This document shows, piece after piece, positions 36,529 through 50,804 of a DNA stretch of 64,000 bases. Below the pieces are notes generated by a model, which had not been told where the DNA came from, searched no databases, and saw nothing but the letters and a program-made list of their open reading frames with translations. Source of the DNA: Azolla caroliniana (taxonomy: Eukaryota; Plantae; Polypodiophyta); assembly GCA_043228905.1 (NCBI GenBank), contig JBHGNT010000004.1, forward strand, positions 20,894,001 through 20,958,000, given 5' to 3'. The position numbers were made by a program, and so were the translations under genes. Position 1 is the first letter of the stretch. Each line of letters starts with the position of its first letter.

Positions 36529-39500
36529 ATGGATTGCATCTTCGTTCCCCGGCCATGGATCCTCCGTGTACACAACAAGCATCCCTGCAATTCCTCTCTG
36601 TCTTCCCTGATTCCTCGCACTGTTCCTTCACCTTCTGCTGCGAAAGCCTCGACCTCGCAGTTACACAGACACAGACACAGACACAGCCCCCTTGCACGCC
36701 CATCATGCGGGTGCCGCAAACGTATGCCAATTTCTCGTTTCGCAGCCTCTCAGCAAAAGGAAATCAATTTCCGTGATGAAACAAAGAACGCTGCTGCTAC
36801 TGATGATGATAAGGAAGAAGAAGACGAAGACGAAGAAGAAGGCGATGATGATGACGATGAAGAAGACGATTTGATGGATACTGTTGAGATTGAGTCTCTT
36901 GATCTCTTGGAATGGCCTTCTATATGTGAACAAGTTTTCCGATTTGCTTCCACGCCTATGGGAAAACAAGTGTGTCTTCAGGCTAGCATTCCCTTTGGAA
37001 GAAACTGCCAAGAAAGCGAAAAGCTTCTTCAGCAGACAGCGTCAGCTTTCTGGTTATCATCAGATCTTGATTTTTCAGAGATTGTAGACATAACGGACAT
37101 TCTAAGCTCTGCAAGGAGTAAGTTTGTGTGTAGTATTAAGGAGCTTTGCATTGTACAGAAGACATTATCTGCTGTTAGACGTCTTTATAAGCAGTTGGAA
37201 TGTTCAGTCCCAAGAAAGAGTGATTCTCCCTATGAAATGAATGTGGTTGATAGAGAGGAGGCACATCTGCACTTCTATCCTCTTATGTCAATCATGGAGA
37301 ATTCAAATTTCTGTATGTCTCTTGTTCGAGAGCTCGAAGAGTCTCTTGATAATGCAACTTTGTCAATCCTCGACACAGCAAGTCCATCCCTTTTGGCCAT
37401 AAGAATGTCCCGGAGGGAAAATACAAAGGCCTTAGAAGATTTATTATTAGAAATAGGAGAAAAGGTCGTTGCATCTGGAGGAATGGACTCTGTCATGATA
37501 ACCACTCGAAGGGCTAGGCAATGTATAGCAGTCCGAGCATCACATAAACATCTTTTACCTGGCGGTTTAGTTCTAGATTTTAGCAATTCAGGATCAACAG
37601 TGTTCATGGAACCAAAACCTGCCTTGGAGCTGAACAATAATGAGGTTAAGCTTTCTGCTCAGGAAAAAGCAGAGGAATTTGCGATTTTGGAACGACTTAC
37701 TAAGAAACTTGCTGATGAGTCTGAAGATATTTGGAATCTGTTACAAAAGGTTACTTCCTTAGATCTTGCATGTGCTAAGGCCGGGCATGCAAGATGGCTC
37801 CAATCTGTGAGGCCTGTGTTTTATTCAGATTTTCTATCAGGGAAAGGAGAAAAATGCGGTGTGAAATCAAATAATGCTACAAGTGATTTTTCTGTTGATA
37901 TTGAGGGGTTATGTCATCCACTATTACTTGGTCCAGCTCTTATGGACAATAAAAATGAGGGATGCATAAGTCTACCGACTCCAGTAGATTTTAAAGTTAA
38001 GTCTGGTGTGCGTGTTATTGTTATAAGTGGGCCAAATACTGGTGGGAAAACAGCATCAATGAAAACTCTTGGTGTAGCAACTTTGATGGCCAAGGCAGGA
38101 TTATTTCTTCCTGCCAAAGGAAATGCAATTCTTCCTTGGTTTGATAAAGTCCTAGCAGATATTGGGGATAGTCAGGTAAAAGCTTCAGACTTACACTTTC
38201 TTTTTGCAACGGTTTCAGATTTTTCTTATCCACTGTAAACATGCCACTGCAAGTTTACCTATTTTTTCTCGGCCACAGTCTTTGGAGCAGAGTTTGTCCA
38301 CATTCAGTGGGCACATCAAACGAGTTTGCAAGATAATAGACTCTGGAAGTGATCAGTCACTAGTGCTCTTTGATGAGATAGGAAGTGGTACAGATCCGTC
38401 TGAGGGTGCCGCCTTAGCCACAGCGATACTGCAGCATATGGCCGAATGTGCTCATTTAACAGTTGCAACTACCCACTTTTCTAAATTGAATAGAATCAAA
38501 GATGAGCGCTTTGATATTGCATCGGTGGAGTTCGATAGCAAGACATTGCGGCCAAAATACAAGGTTCTTTGGGGTATTGCAGGACAATCAAATGCACTAG
38601 ATATTGCCAGCTCTCTTGGAGTGGATGAAAGTATTTTGGCCCGAGCCCAACATTGGATGAAACAATTAGATCCAGAGAATCAAGAAAAGAATGTCACCCA
38701 GCTTATGAGGCCGCTAATGGAGCAACGAAGGATCCTGCAGTCTCAAGCTGAAGTGGCAGCTTCAACTCTTGCAGATGCAAAAAGTCTTTTTGATGAGGTT
38801 AGTCTTATAATCTAACCTCAAACTTTTATCACTGCCAAATTTGTTTATTTTATCTTCAAAAGTGGTGAGGTTTCAAGATGCAACCCTTTGGTTATTTGTT
38901 TTGGATGAAAGATTGCACTAATAGTTTATGTGCACCATAAAATATGCATTGTTTTATTTGTGTCTTATTTAGTTTCTTTTATGAATTTGCAAGACCAATA
39001 ACTTAGGTCATTTCTAGGGTATATTTATGCCGGTCATTATATATCCATATATTTTGGCAATAAGCACCTGATATACTATGAGGATTTTATTATAAGGTCA
39101 AATTTTGATAGCATTGTCAAATGCGGTGTGCATTATGAAACCCCTTGAGAACTATTTAATCCTTTCGCATGATGGTTACTTATTACAAGTTTCTTGACAT
39201 CGAATATGGTGTAAATTTTGTGTTTCGTGTTTGATATATGCTCTATAGGCCTGCTTTTGAATAATATTAGGAGAAAATGGAAAGCTGATTCTGTCATAAT
39301 TATAACAGTTGGCTGCAGAGGCAGATGGGTTGGAAATGCGTCTCACTGGATTACGTCTGCAGAGAGAAAAGAGAGTGAAGGAAGATATTGATTATGTAAA
39401 GTCTCAACTAGATGAAGTTGTATTAAAATTTGAAAAATATTCAAGAAATGTTGACAATGCTGGAAACAACATGTCAATGGGAGAGGCACTTGTTGCCATA

Positions 39501-41179
39501 GCTTCTATTGTTGAATCGTATACGGAGAAGTATCGGAATTCTGAGAAGAATTATGCAAGACCAGGAGTAGAGAGACCTTGTGTAGGGGATCTTGTTCTCA
39601 TTAATCGGATTGGTAGAAACCTGGCAACCGTCATCGAGGCTCCATCAGAAGATGATGAAAGTTTTCTTGTCCAGCTTGGCAGCTTAAAACTACGTGCAAA
39701 GCTAAGTGAGGTGTCAAAGGTGATGAAACAAGAAAAGGTAATATCATCAAAATGCTCTTCAATCACTTGTGTTTATTGTTGCTTGTTTCTTCCATTGTTT
39801 GGCTGCAGAAACAATATTTCTGTCAACTAGGTTCATGATTACTATGTCTCATGGTATTTTATGTGAGGGTCCCAATCCATAATGCCATCTTGAGTTCACT
39901 GTACAAACTTAAAAGTTCGACAATTTATTATAATGTGCTAAACACAAAAAGCAGTAATATATATCACATTGTAGTCACTGGAAGCTAGGGAACAAGAAAA
40001 CATTCCCTTGAAAGTGAACGTTTGCTTTAATAAAGAAGTTTGTTGTATACTAAAAGGCAATTGAAACTGGTACAATCAAACCAAACAAAGGCAGCCCAAG
40101 CCAAGCTGGCTTTTAGCAGCCAAAGAAATTTATGAACCCAAATGCCAATTCCATACCAGCTTATGTGAGCACATTAAGTATGGGAAATAGTCTATGTAAC
40201 ACAAAAAAAGGCCAAATAATATATTTATACTGCCGATAATTGGTAAACCTTTAATATTGCAATAGGTAGGTAGATATGGCAATGGATGGTCTTCATCAAA
40301 GGAGACTTGAACGCCCTTTTAATACAGATATTCATATGCACACACCACCATGAGTATAACAATGACAGTGATAAGATCTTATCAAATTGGATCCTAATCT
40401 TGGGAACTGAAGAGCACACGTAGTCATTAATTGTATTGGACTAATTTCTTCTACAAATTTGTCCTCTCTTATTTTGGTCAAGCTTTTTCCATTGGGCTGG
40501 GTAGAATTTACACAACATCAGATTCCATGGACGTCTAAGGATGCGCAACAGGTTGAATTGAGGCACTTTGATGGTTTGAAAGGATGAAATCAGGTTTTCT
40601 GACTGAATAGAATGGTCAACTATCTTGTCCATCTATTCCACACACCACAGATGTTATGTGTCTCTCTAGGATACATGGATGGATATATGAGAATAAGTTT
40701 TTCAGCTCTTTGATTTTCTGCTACACTCTTCGATACACAGATGAAATTGTGGATAATTTGTAAATCATTGTTTTTGATATGCTAATTTTTCATTTGCTGG
40801 CATAATGTTATTTCCTCTCTTTATCATCTAATACATCCATTTTAAATTCTCTTCTTTTCAGAGTTCTACTTATCAACAAAGGAGTAAACAAATGCCTGCT
40901 CAAATCCCTCTGGAGTTTCCCGAACTTCCAGTTGGACCTGCCATTCAAACCTCAAGAAATACTGTGGATTTGAGAGGAATGTATGTGGAGGATGCCCTCA
41001 TGCATTTAGATTTTTCAATACGAAAAAATAGGCGCTCGGTTCTATTCATTGTTCATGGAGAGGGAACCGGCGCATTGAGGGCTGGTGTTCTAAAGAAACT
41101 CAAGGAGCATCCCTTGGTCTCAAAATTTGAACAAGAAAGCCCTATGAACTATGGTTGTACAATAGCATATGTCAAATGA
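36529..41179 (+). CDS. MUTS2: MutS2-family ATPase/endonuclease with C-terminal Smr domain, plastid-targeted type; exons 36529-38175, 38279-38797, 39309-39737, 40862-41179 (~970 aa)
   Basis: SLDLLEW, S.SG.TVFMEP, Walker A ISGPNTGGKT, ADIGDSQSLEQSLSTFSGH, Walker B LVLFDEIGSGTDPSEG, TTHF, GQSNAL, and Smr motif VDLRGMYVEDA...IVHGEGTGALR. The N-terminus is transit-peptide-like and followed by an acidic tract. Confidence 0.95.
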
Positions 41180-41937
41180 TCATGTTGTATCAATATGAAT
41201 ATCCAACGTAATTGTATAAGAGCCTAAGCCAATTGCACTAGATAATCATGCATTTGTAATTTTGAGTGAAATGCTTGTATATTGATTATCGCCATGGACA
41301 AGAATTAGGAACCTTTTAGGTTTTCCCACTTGTATAAAAGAGAAAGAGCTCTCATGTAGAAGAAACCTTTAGGTGTTTCAACATAGGGTTACCTTTTGGT
41401 CCTCATTCTCTTCCCTCAAGAAGACTTAGTTTCTTCCACGCAGCTTTTTCACACTAATTAATTGAGATATAAATGACAATCTAATCATTATTTATTTAAT
41501 TAAGATCAACATATTTCTTATTTAGTATAGAACTTAATGTCTTTATTAACGTTTTAAACTTAAGTTCTTTTATGTATTGAAATGTCAAATGATTTTTGCT
41601 ATTGGGGAATGATGTTCCTGATCCCTAGGTTAGCCTAAGGAAGCATAGAGTGGAGAGATAAGTTATTTTAATGTTGAAATATAACATAATTTTTGCTATT
41701 GGGGAATAATGTTCCTAATACCTTAGTCCACCGTGAGGAAGGTGACCCCTTAGGATTGGATAGTGACCCTTAGAAGTGAAAAAGTCCAAGGTGTGAGTTG
41801 TGTTGGCCACATCAGGCCATCGGGCAAGATTTAGTTGTTTGGTGTTCTTTCAAGACATAAGGGCGATACTTTGCATAAGGTTAAGATAATGTTTTTGGAA
41901 AAAAGAGAGGTTAAAGTAATGGTAGGTTAATTATGTT

Positions 41938-42224
41938 CATAGTATGAACCATACGTAGTATACGTGGATTTGCATTCGAGTATGGTAAACACCTTCGAAG
42001 TATGGTAAATATCATACTTTTGTATTCATTATTTATTATAAGGTAAAATTGTTTTTTAAAGGTAAGCATGTTAAAGTAAAAAATATATAAAAAAACAGAA
42101 GTATGTTTTCATAACATACGCATTCGTTTTCAAACATATGGAAAAGAATGTTTGCAAATGTTTGTTGGAAAAAAAGAAAAAAAAAGAATGTTTGCAAATG
42201 CATTCGAGTATGTTACATACTATG
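41938..42224. mobile_element. hAT-type MITE with a perfect 8-bp TSD
   Basis: TIR CATAGTATG/CATACTATG; TSD ATTATGTT at 41930-41937 and 42225-42232. Confidence 0.85.
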
Positions 42225-42289
42225 ATTATGTTAGTTTTTAGAGGAAATGCAAAAAGATAAGAGTGAAAGTGAGCGCACAAGAAACGTCA

Positions 42290-42470
42290 TCACTATCATC
42301 ATCATTATCAATAACAAAAATATCATCCTTAATGTCATTATCAACATCATCAACAACAAAAATACCATCCTTAATGTCATTATCAACATCATCAACAACA
42401 AAAATATCATCTTTAATGTCATTATCAACATCATCAACAACCATATTATCATCATCATTTACAACAACAT
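42290..42470. repeat. 42-bp minisatellite (atcaacatcatcaacaacaaaaatatcatccttaatgtcatt), about 3.5 copies
   Basis: Direct inspection; it explains the low-complexity ORFs at 42231-42522. Confidence 0.85.
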
Positions 42471-43516
42471 TGTTATAATCACAACAAGGGCATGATTGTT
42501 TAGTCTGTGGAAGTTTTGGCATACTTTTGATGTTGTAGAGTATAGAGTACCTAATAATATGGGGGCATTAAAGGAAATAACATCACATTATTTGGTTTTG
42601 ACATTTGTTCTAAGGCATAAAAGTTTCAAAATAAAATATCAGTTATAGGTCAAACATATCAAGAAACGTATTTATCTTATAATACACAGGGAACTACCCT
42701 TTGTTAGGGACAATGGTTCATGTCTAATGAGCTTGTTATGTGGAAGGGAATTTTAGGGTTTTGAATTTCGGAACTATCATTTGGTCTTCATTCTCTCCTC
42801 TTTCCATCCACTAAGATCCACTTTTCTCCATATAGCTATCCCACAGTGATTAAATGAGATATAAATAGTTTTTACTTTAAAAATATCTATTTAATGAGAT
42901 ACTCGTGTGTTTCTTATTTTATAGTTATCTATTTAATCAAGACAAACATATTTCTTAATTAGAATAGTGATTAGATGTGTGTAATAAGAAGCCCTTGAGG
43001 ATTCCATGGTTGCATGATGTGGAGTTATAAGTGCTTGTATGTGTTGAAATATGATATTATCATTGCCATTGGGGAGTAACGCCCCTAATATCTTTGTTAG
43101 GTCACTATGAGGAAGGTGAGGGTTTAGGGTTTAGAGATGCAATCTTCTAATGTATGAGTAAAGTTGAACCCTTTTGGGAAACTCGTTTCGCTAGGGTACA
43201 TCACTCCTATCATCATAAACACATAGCGTTGCATAGTGTGGTCATAGTTGAACCATGTCATTAGGTTCTTCTCATGAGTTGATAATTGTCAATGGCTTCT
43301 ATTGTGGTTTTCATATGTCTTTCTTTATGTTATCCATATGGACATATTGATCTTGCAATTAATAAATAAAGTTGATCACGTCAAGTCAATGGAGGATGAT
43401 TCCTTTGCACTAGAGTTTTGGGTCTCTTTCACGATAGAATGGCCATTTAACCTCTAGTTTTGGATGGTAGTTTCTCTATCCTCTTTTTATAGCACGTTCT
43501 TGTGAGATTTATATAT

Positions 43517-43695
43517 AGTCTAGTGTCTGTGAGACTAGAGGACTCCTGTGCCTTTGTGGATCGTGTCCCAGATGATAGGTTTGCAAGCGTGGGTTGTCTA
43601 CTTTGTGGACAGTCTAGTGTCTATGAGACTAGAGGACTATTGTGTCTTTGTGGATCGTGTCCCAGATGATAGGTTTGCAAGCTTGGGTTGTCTAC
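43517..43695. repeat. 94-bp tandem duplication
   Basis: agtctagtgtct.tgagactagaggact..tgtg..tttgtggatcgtgtcccagatgataggtttgcaagc.tgggttgtctac occurs twice. Confidence 0.85.
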
Positions 43696-44759
43696 AAACA
43701 AGAAGTTGAGAAGGATGGAGGAACAGATAGCATGGCTGCCGATGCAAGGTTTTTGATAGGGTGAGCATGAGGGAGAGCTCATTTGCACACAAAAAATAGG
43801 AATGCAACAACAAAAACGAGCCTTAGCTTTTTCTTAGGTCTTTTCATTTCTTGACTTCTCTTCTCAAGGAAGATTGACACATGTCTTTGGGTTTGGGGTT
43901 GGTTCTTGCACCTTTTTTCGTGCTTATTAAAAAAGGGGTATCCTACGATGTGTTGTGTAAGGCGCTCCTTAGTTTCTTGGGTGTTGAGGTGCATCTCGTG
44001 TTGTTCAATAATAATTCATTTTGGGTGGTGGATATCTCGTGTCAATGAAGTTGTGACAATGGTAAGTAGGCTTTGATAATCCATCTTTGTTCAACCTTGG
44101 GGCCCGAGAACATTTGAGCCTTCGTGACCTAGATTTATGTTGGTAGGTTAGGTTATGTGTGTAATTGGGTTGGGTGAGTATGTGACCTTTTGATCGCTTA
44201 TTGAAAGGGGAGGGAGTTTGATGTTTGATAGGTCGGTACAAGTTGTGAGTTAGGAGCATATTGTGATTTGGAGGTTGTTGTTATTACCCAACTTTGTATG
44301 GGTAATCAAAATTACATTGCACCGTTGTGCCAACTTTGTGCTACCGTTGGCATTTACCACTTTGAGAACTTGAAGAAAAAGTTAGTGGTACTATATATAG
44401 AGAGGTTAAACATTCATAAAACATTTTGGTTTGATGCCAACCCAATATCATTTTTTGTTAAGCTTTGACACACAAGTTTCTTTCTTATTTTTACTTTAGT
44501 TTCTACAGTCTAAATAATTAATTAAGTAAAAGATAAGGAATTATAGATCAAAGAAAGGAAAGATGGGAGTCACACCACCTAACCACCCCCTAGAAACGAC
44601 GTGAGACAGAACTATACCTCCTCGATGTCCCATACCATTGAGGGTTGATGCGAGTCGTAGTATGTACCTTGGATTCTGCACGGAATGCACGTGCTTAGCT
44701 AACAAGAGCCATAGACACATTGTCATAGTCTCAACATAAGTCAAGCTTCTCTCCAATAA

Positions 44760-45240
44760 ATGAATATGTATGCCAAATGTGGAGAGTTTGTAAAATCTCA
44801 AAAAGTGCTTCAAGAGCTTCCTATTTGAGATATAGTCTCTTGGAATGCACTTATTGGCGAGTATGTTAAATAGGGTCAAAGCCACAAAGTGTTGGACAGT
44901 TTTAAATAGATTCAGAATGATGGCATTGCCCAAGATATTGTCACATATTTTTTGTTTCCTTGAAATAGCACAAGAGGTTTTTGATAAGCTTAGGCTTCCA
45001 AATGTGGTGCTTTGGACCTCACTCATTAGAGGATTTGTAGAGAATGACCAAGATAAAGAAGCATTGAATTATGTTCAGTTTATGCAAGATTAGGGTTATG
45101 TGGAATTGGGTTTTGTGAAGAAGCTCTTAATTTTGCTGAGCATCATTGAAGAAGTGTTTAAATGCTTTAAGAAGATGGAGCTAGAAGGAATCTCCCAAGA
45201 TGCAAGGGAACATAGAAATGCAAGGGCCAAGAAGCATCTT
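44760..45240 (+). pseudogene. Decayed PLS-PPR gene fragment
   Basis: MYAKCG..KSQKVLQEL..DIVSWNALI, and AQEVFDKLRLPNVVLWTSLIRGFVEN, interrupted by stops and frameshifts. Confidence 0.75.
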
Positions 45241-45429
45241 GGGATGCAATATAAAAGGGTTTGGAATAAATCACGATGATATATGGTTGTCCAATGTTTA
45301 TAATGTATGTTGAAATCACATTCACATGCAATATTCATTGTAATAGTGGACTATTTTAATACCAATGGAGGATATTTTTTTATGGGGGGAAAAAAAGAAT
45401 GTAGCTAGCCTTCTTATATAGGCATAAAC

Positions 45430-47200
45430 CCTAGGCCTAGTGTGTTCACACTTAACTGCTTTATTTGAAGTGGTCATTGGTCAAGTGATAGCACACTTAA
45501 TAGTTATCCCACGTCGTAGACTTGAATATTACAATTCATACCCTTGTTCCTTTCACAATTAACCCACACCTACTCATCATAAGGTTAGGGAAAGCTACGA
45601 AAACCTATCCCATGATCAATTATGGACCATGGTTATGCACATAAGAGAGAGTGAAATGTATATTAGAGCAAAGTGTACTTCAGCTCTAGGTTAAGATGAC
45701 TGATAGTGTTCATGGAGTGTAGTTGGTTTTGTTTTGGCTAATAAGTTATGAGAAATAAATTTACGAGTGTGAGTTGTAACAATTCTTTGTCATAATGGAA
45801 TTTTCTTGTGACTCTCTTGTGGTGGATGTAGGCTTAAAGCCAAACCACATTAAATGATTGTCTCGTTATTTTGCCAATATTGTTTATTATTATAATGCAC
45901 ATTTATTTTCACTCCATCAATACCAAATTGATTTAACATAGATAATAGTTTGGAGTAAGTTCAATGGTATACAATGCCTTTACACAAAATAATGCATTTG
46001 TCTAGAAAGCTAAGCTAATGAGATAAAAAAAATAAAGCCTTAGGACCTACTGGGAAAAATAAATGCAAGAGGAGACAGGTCCTTGATCACTCAAAATTTG
46101 ACATAAGGTACTAACTCATAACTTCTACCATTGTGCTTGTGGAGTTGAAATGGATGCACATAGAATATAGAAATTGGCATTGTTAAGATGACCAATTACT
46201 TAAATGTTATGCCTCAACGTATTAAAATGTAGAACCATGATACTCAAAAGGCTTTGATATAATGTGAGGTCTTAGAGCTCCGGAAAAAACCAAGACAAAA
46301 CAGAGGACAAGTAGGAATGACATATTTGATCAAGACAGGATTATAAGATTATGTTTCTATTGTCAAATATGACAAATTTAAATGCTACATATGGCTAAAA
46401 ATAATGACACAAAAAGACAGTCTACAGTTCGATGCAACGCCATCATGAATCTACGTTTTATGCTTGCTTGTTTAGAGCTCCACTGTTTGTCAATGTAGAG
46501 GATGACATTGGATACTTCAAATGTAAGGAAGAGGTTATTTGTATTTAGTGACATGATGTACGAGGACTGTGGAACATGACACTCTACAATTTTTCATGCT
46601 GCCCACGCCTCAATGATGTGAGAGGACATGTGTTATTTTAGGAAGGTACATAGGAGCGCATATACAAATTTGATTTGGCCAAGGTGAAGGGACTTTTGAA
46701 TATATAATACGTTTAATGTTTTGAGTCTTGACCTTGAATGTATAGAAAGAACATAGCTATGTAAAGTCTAATCATTTTACAAGGTAATCATATTTGTGCA
46801 TAAATTTTACAATAATGCCTATGTAGGCCAAGTGGTTGAGTGAGAAATGAAACCCATGCAAGCATCAATAACAACATTTTAAAACTTGCATTGCAATATG
46901 GCATTTCCCACAATTGGACAATAAATTTGATTAAACCTTTCATAAATGTTGAGGTATAAATAATTTAAACAAGTAGTTGGCAAGCATGGTAAATTCTCTT
47001 CAAGAGAATGTTATTTTGATAAGTAATCGAGGAAAGCTCGGTGCATAGGTCGAAGATAATGCAAAGAGGGGATATAATCATATAGGGGAGTTCAAAATCA
47101 TCATAGTATTGTTATTGATTTATTTGTCACTCTTCCTGTGCCAATGGAGGAAAGTGTTTTAAAGGTAAGACATTGATTTATTGCTTTGTAGGTTTCATCT
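45430..47200 (+). mobile_element. Highly decayed Copia-like element
   Basis: Copia-like U5 segment gtggatgtaggc....aaccac.ttaaat at ~45822, followed by gag-start-like KFNG; the rest is degenerate. Confidence 0.45.
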
Positions 47201-48349
47201 CCCTACTACCTTGGGCAATTACTTACTAATCACTCTATACATGGTGAACTAATCAACCGTTTAGGTTCACTAGTTTTTCCTATTATATAACCTTGGCCAA
47301 TCATTAAATTGCGCTCTATTCTAGATTATATTGAAAGGGAGGGTTCTCTTACCCTCCAATCTCAAAATTAAACACCTAGTCTCTAGTAATTCTCAAACAC
47401 GATACACTTCACAATATTCCCTCTTTAGATATGCCTGACATATAACACTTAATGGGTGACGTAAAAAAACAAAAACATAAGAGTTCCTCACACTTCAATT
47501 TCCTTAATAATTCAAACTAGGGTTTCCTTAATTAGCTTGGAGACTATAAAAAAACACATTTCCAAAAGTGATTTGCCACTAGAAAGGGCATTTCAAGTGA
47601 TAACCTTGGCCACATGGCCCAATACTAATCCTTGGCATGATTCTTCACCAATTCCTTTCTTCTCATGTTTGCAAGCACATCACTTTAAACTTATCTGCGC
47701 ACTATTCAAGTAGTGTTTATCACCCATGTGGACAAGAATTGGTAATTTGATACAAAATTTCAGATTGCGTCATTATGATCTTCTTCTTCTTCTATAGACA
47801 TAAAGTTGGGCAAGTCCATTCTATCCCAAATGAACAAATCAATGGGCATATCAAAATCAAAAGAGGAAATTTTGGTGATGGTTTGTGCCCTTTGAGAGTA
47901 GATGTGACACCAACAAAAAGAACTTGAAAACGAACAAATCACCATGAGAAACCAAAAACTTGATGTCTAACCCATGCACACCAAGCCAAGATGATCACCC
48001 AAGTTAACATGGTTCCCACAAATGAAGGGAATGGCTACAAAAAATTAAGGAATTAAAGAGTTAAAGAAAACATGCCTATGCACAAGTCACCATGGAAGGA
48101 AACCCACAATGGAATATGTATGTTCCAAACATGGGTCCTTAAGCCCTAAATTTGGATAATGATCAAGAATAAAAGCTCGAAACTGTGAACAAATTCATAA
48201 TATGCGATATACCATGGGCTTTTTTAAAGAGTTCATAATTGCCACGAGAATGAACACTAATGCCTCTTGTCACAAACTCTATTTGGTCTATGTATTACCT
48301 AATTACAATAATTCATTCGAAGAGCCTTAAAAAAACATGAGAAAAAAGT

Positions 48350-49480
48350 GGTTGTTGGGATTCCTAGTATTGCTTCTTATTTATCCCATTGATGTTGTAC
48401 TTTTTTCATGTTCTTTGGTGAGATTGGAAAGCTTCTAGGTACAGTCTATACACTCTATGAACATAATAGGTTGGAAATGGTGAGGAATTATTTCACTAAG
48501 CTCATGGAATGAAATAGAGAAAATACATAAGAAAGAATTTGATAAGTTTAGATGTAATAAGAAGTATCAACGTGCATATATGGGAGATTACTTGACTAGT
48601 CTCGAAACTCAAGAGAAAGCATTGTGACATGTGGTAAAACTAGGGGAAACTTAAAGGGAGGTGTATTGAGAGTTCCAATGACTTAATTCTACTCCAATAG
48701 AGAAGCAATATGGCATACTTCAGTACAATTTTATATTTAACTTTTGCATAAAGAGGGAGATATAAACAGTATAAAAAAAGCTTCAAACAATCGTTGTAGG
48801 AACAATCGTTGTAGGTTGTACTAAGGGTAAAGTTCTTTGAATGTACAAAGCAAGCAAAGTTGAGGGCATGAGCATAACATAATGGAAAAAGGGCACAAGG
48901 AGAAGAGAGGTTTTCTAAAACATCCTAATGTAGGAAAGTCATTTGAAAGGTTATAACTTTTATTGTTGCTTCATACTAGCACCATTAATTACATTGCCAT
49001 TCTTAAAGTTCTAATAGAGGAAATTTGTTTGAGACGTAAAAGCTTTTATTGTTGCTTTGTAGAATTGAGGGAAGCTTTTGATATGGTGTACACTGAACCA
49101 TGACCATATTTTGGAGGTGCATTGAAGAAGTTGGAGCACAAAGTGAATATATGCTTGCAGTTTCTCGTGCATATGAGAAATTTCATGTGCATATTATCAT
49201 ATGTATATGAAATTTCAGATTTCCTTTGCAACCTAAACAATAGTGGTGTCAAGTAAGGGTACCAACTCTCTTTTTAGTTTATACATTGAGAATATGGAAT
49301 AGTCTATGAGTTTGTAAAAACTAGAAAACATTAAAGAGGTTACTCATTTCCCATGCATTTATCATGGTTTAAATATAAGCAAACAATATAGTGCTTTTCG
49401 CAAATACTCTAGAAGGCATAAGCAAACAATATAGTGCTTTTGGCAAAAGCCCTAGAAGGCCCTCAAAAGCTTAGGAGTTG
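48350..49480 (+). mobile_element. Degenerate RTE/RTEX LINE RT remnant
   Basis: CCFVELREAFDMV (decayed CFVDF.KAFD.V), GVK*G..PTLF..YI and Y.NNIVLF; similar in type to the 1-1345 remnant. Confidence 0.55.
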
Positions 49481-50144
49481 GGAGTCAAAATGATGGAAAG
49501 CTTCAAGGTCTCTTGTGATTGAGATTCTCGAAGACCAACATACAACCAAATGATCCAATTCAATATCAGGATTCATAATATAACATCAAATTAAATTATT
49601 GCAACCTTGTGTCAAGGTTAGAGAATCTCGATAACAAATTAAATTATATGCAACCCCGTGTCTAGGTTAGAGAATCTCGATAACAAATTAAACTCAACTT
49701 CAAGATCCATCATGTGCCATCGGCAATCGCATCATTCCAACCTTGAGGCAATTATTGCAACTTTGTGTGCAGGTTAGAGAATCTCGAGAACAATTAAAAT
49801 CAACTTCAAGATCCATCGTGTGCCATGACATTATTCCAACCTTTGAGGCAATCATCATAGAGCACCAAAGTCCGAGTTGCTTAACTTTTATTGTACGCGG
49901 CGCGAGTCTTAACAATCGGAGGTTCAAATTTGAGAATTGCATCGATGATTATGGAGCCCCGAAGCCTTGAGACTGTCCAAGCTACAATTTTTCATCGAGC
50001 TAAAAGTATATTCCCTAACATGTTGGACATATAGAAGTTCTGTCAAAGACAACTGAGTATCACCTAACACGTTTGGTTACGCTACCATTCTCCGGATTAA
50101 CTATGAGACATGGCCTAAACCCCCGATTGGTTAGCTATATATTG

Positions 50145-50175
<31 letters not shown>

Positions 50176-50804
50176 CATCATAACCTAATCTAGATGTATC
50201 ATACATGTAGATGACCTCCACAAGCATGCATGCAAACTAATAGACAACATGTTGTTACTAAAAAAATGTATCATGAAATACATCATACAACTACATCTAT
50301 ATGTTATATAGTAGAGTGCACTACCTTTTACTCTTCTACATTCTAGAGATAATAACATGTATTCTCTTAAGGTGGATAAATTGATGCAATATAGTTATAT
50401 GAGGCAAACATAAGGAGTTAGTTTATGAGCTTCTCTGAGACCACAAGCCAACAAAAAGGCCAAGCAATCAAAAAAATTAAGTGACAATCTTTTTGAGAAG
50501 AAAGGAGGAGACGAAGACGCCTTGAATTGAAATAAAGAAAAGAATGGGTAACATAAACCAATAGAATATGAATAACAAATTACAATAATAAAGGAAAATC
50601 AAACAGTGTGGAATAAGAAGAAGCCATGAGACCTAAGATAAAAGAGGTGGTGGATGGGATGGGGTGGGTGTAGAAGAAAATGGTGAGTGTGTGTGAGGTA
50701 CATCTATACAACAAATCCATGGAAATACATAATTGAAAAAACAATGGGGGCCTGGGGCCAGTTAGAAATCTCCCTGTACACTAACACTAGGGACAGTCAA
50801 GCAG

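Noticed and set aside
42231-42522. Asp/Asn/Ile-rich ORFs in several frames
   Set aside because: By-products of a 42-bp minisatellite.
47480-47500. gagttcctcacacttcaa resembling a miR395 star or target sequence (tempting near a SULTR gene)
   Set aside because: It needs a 3-nt gap, and there is no complementary arm or mature miR395 sequence nearby.
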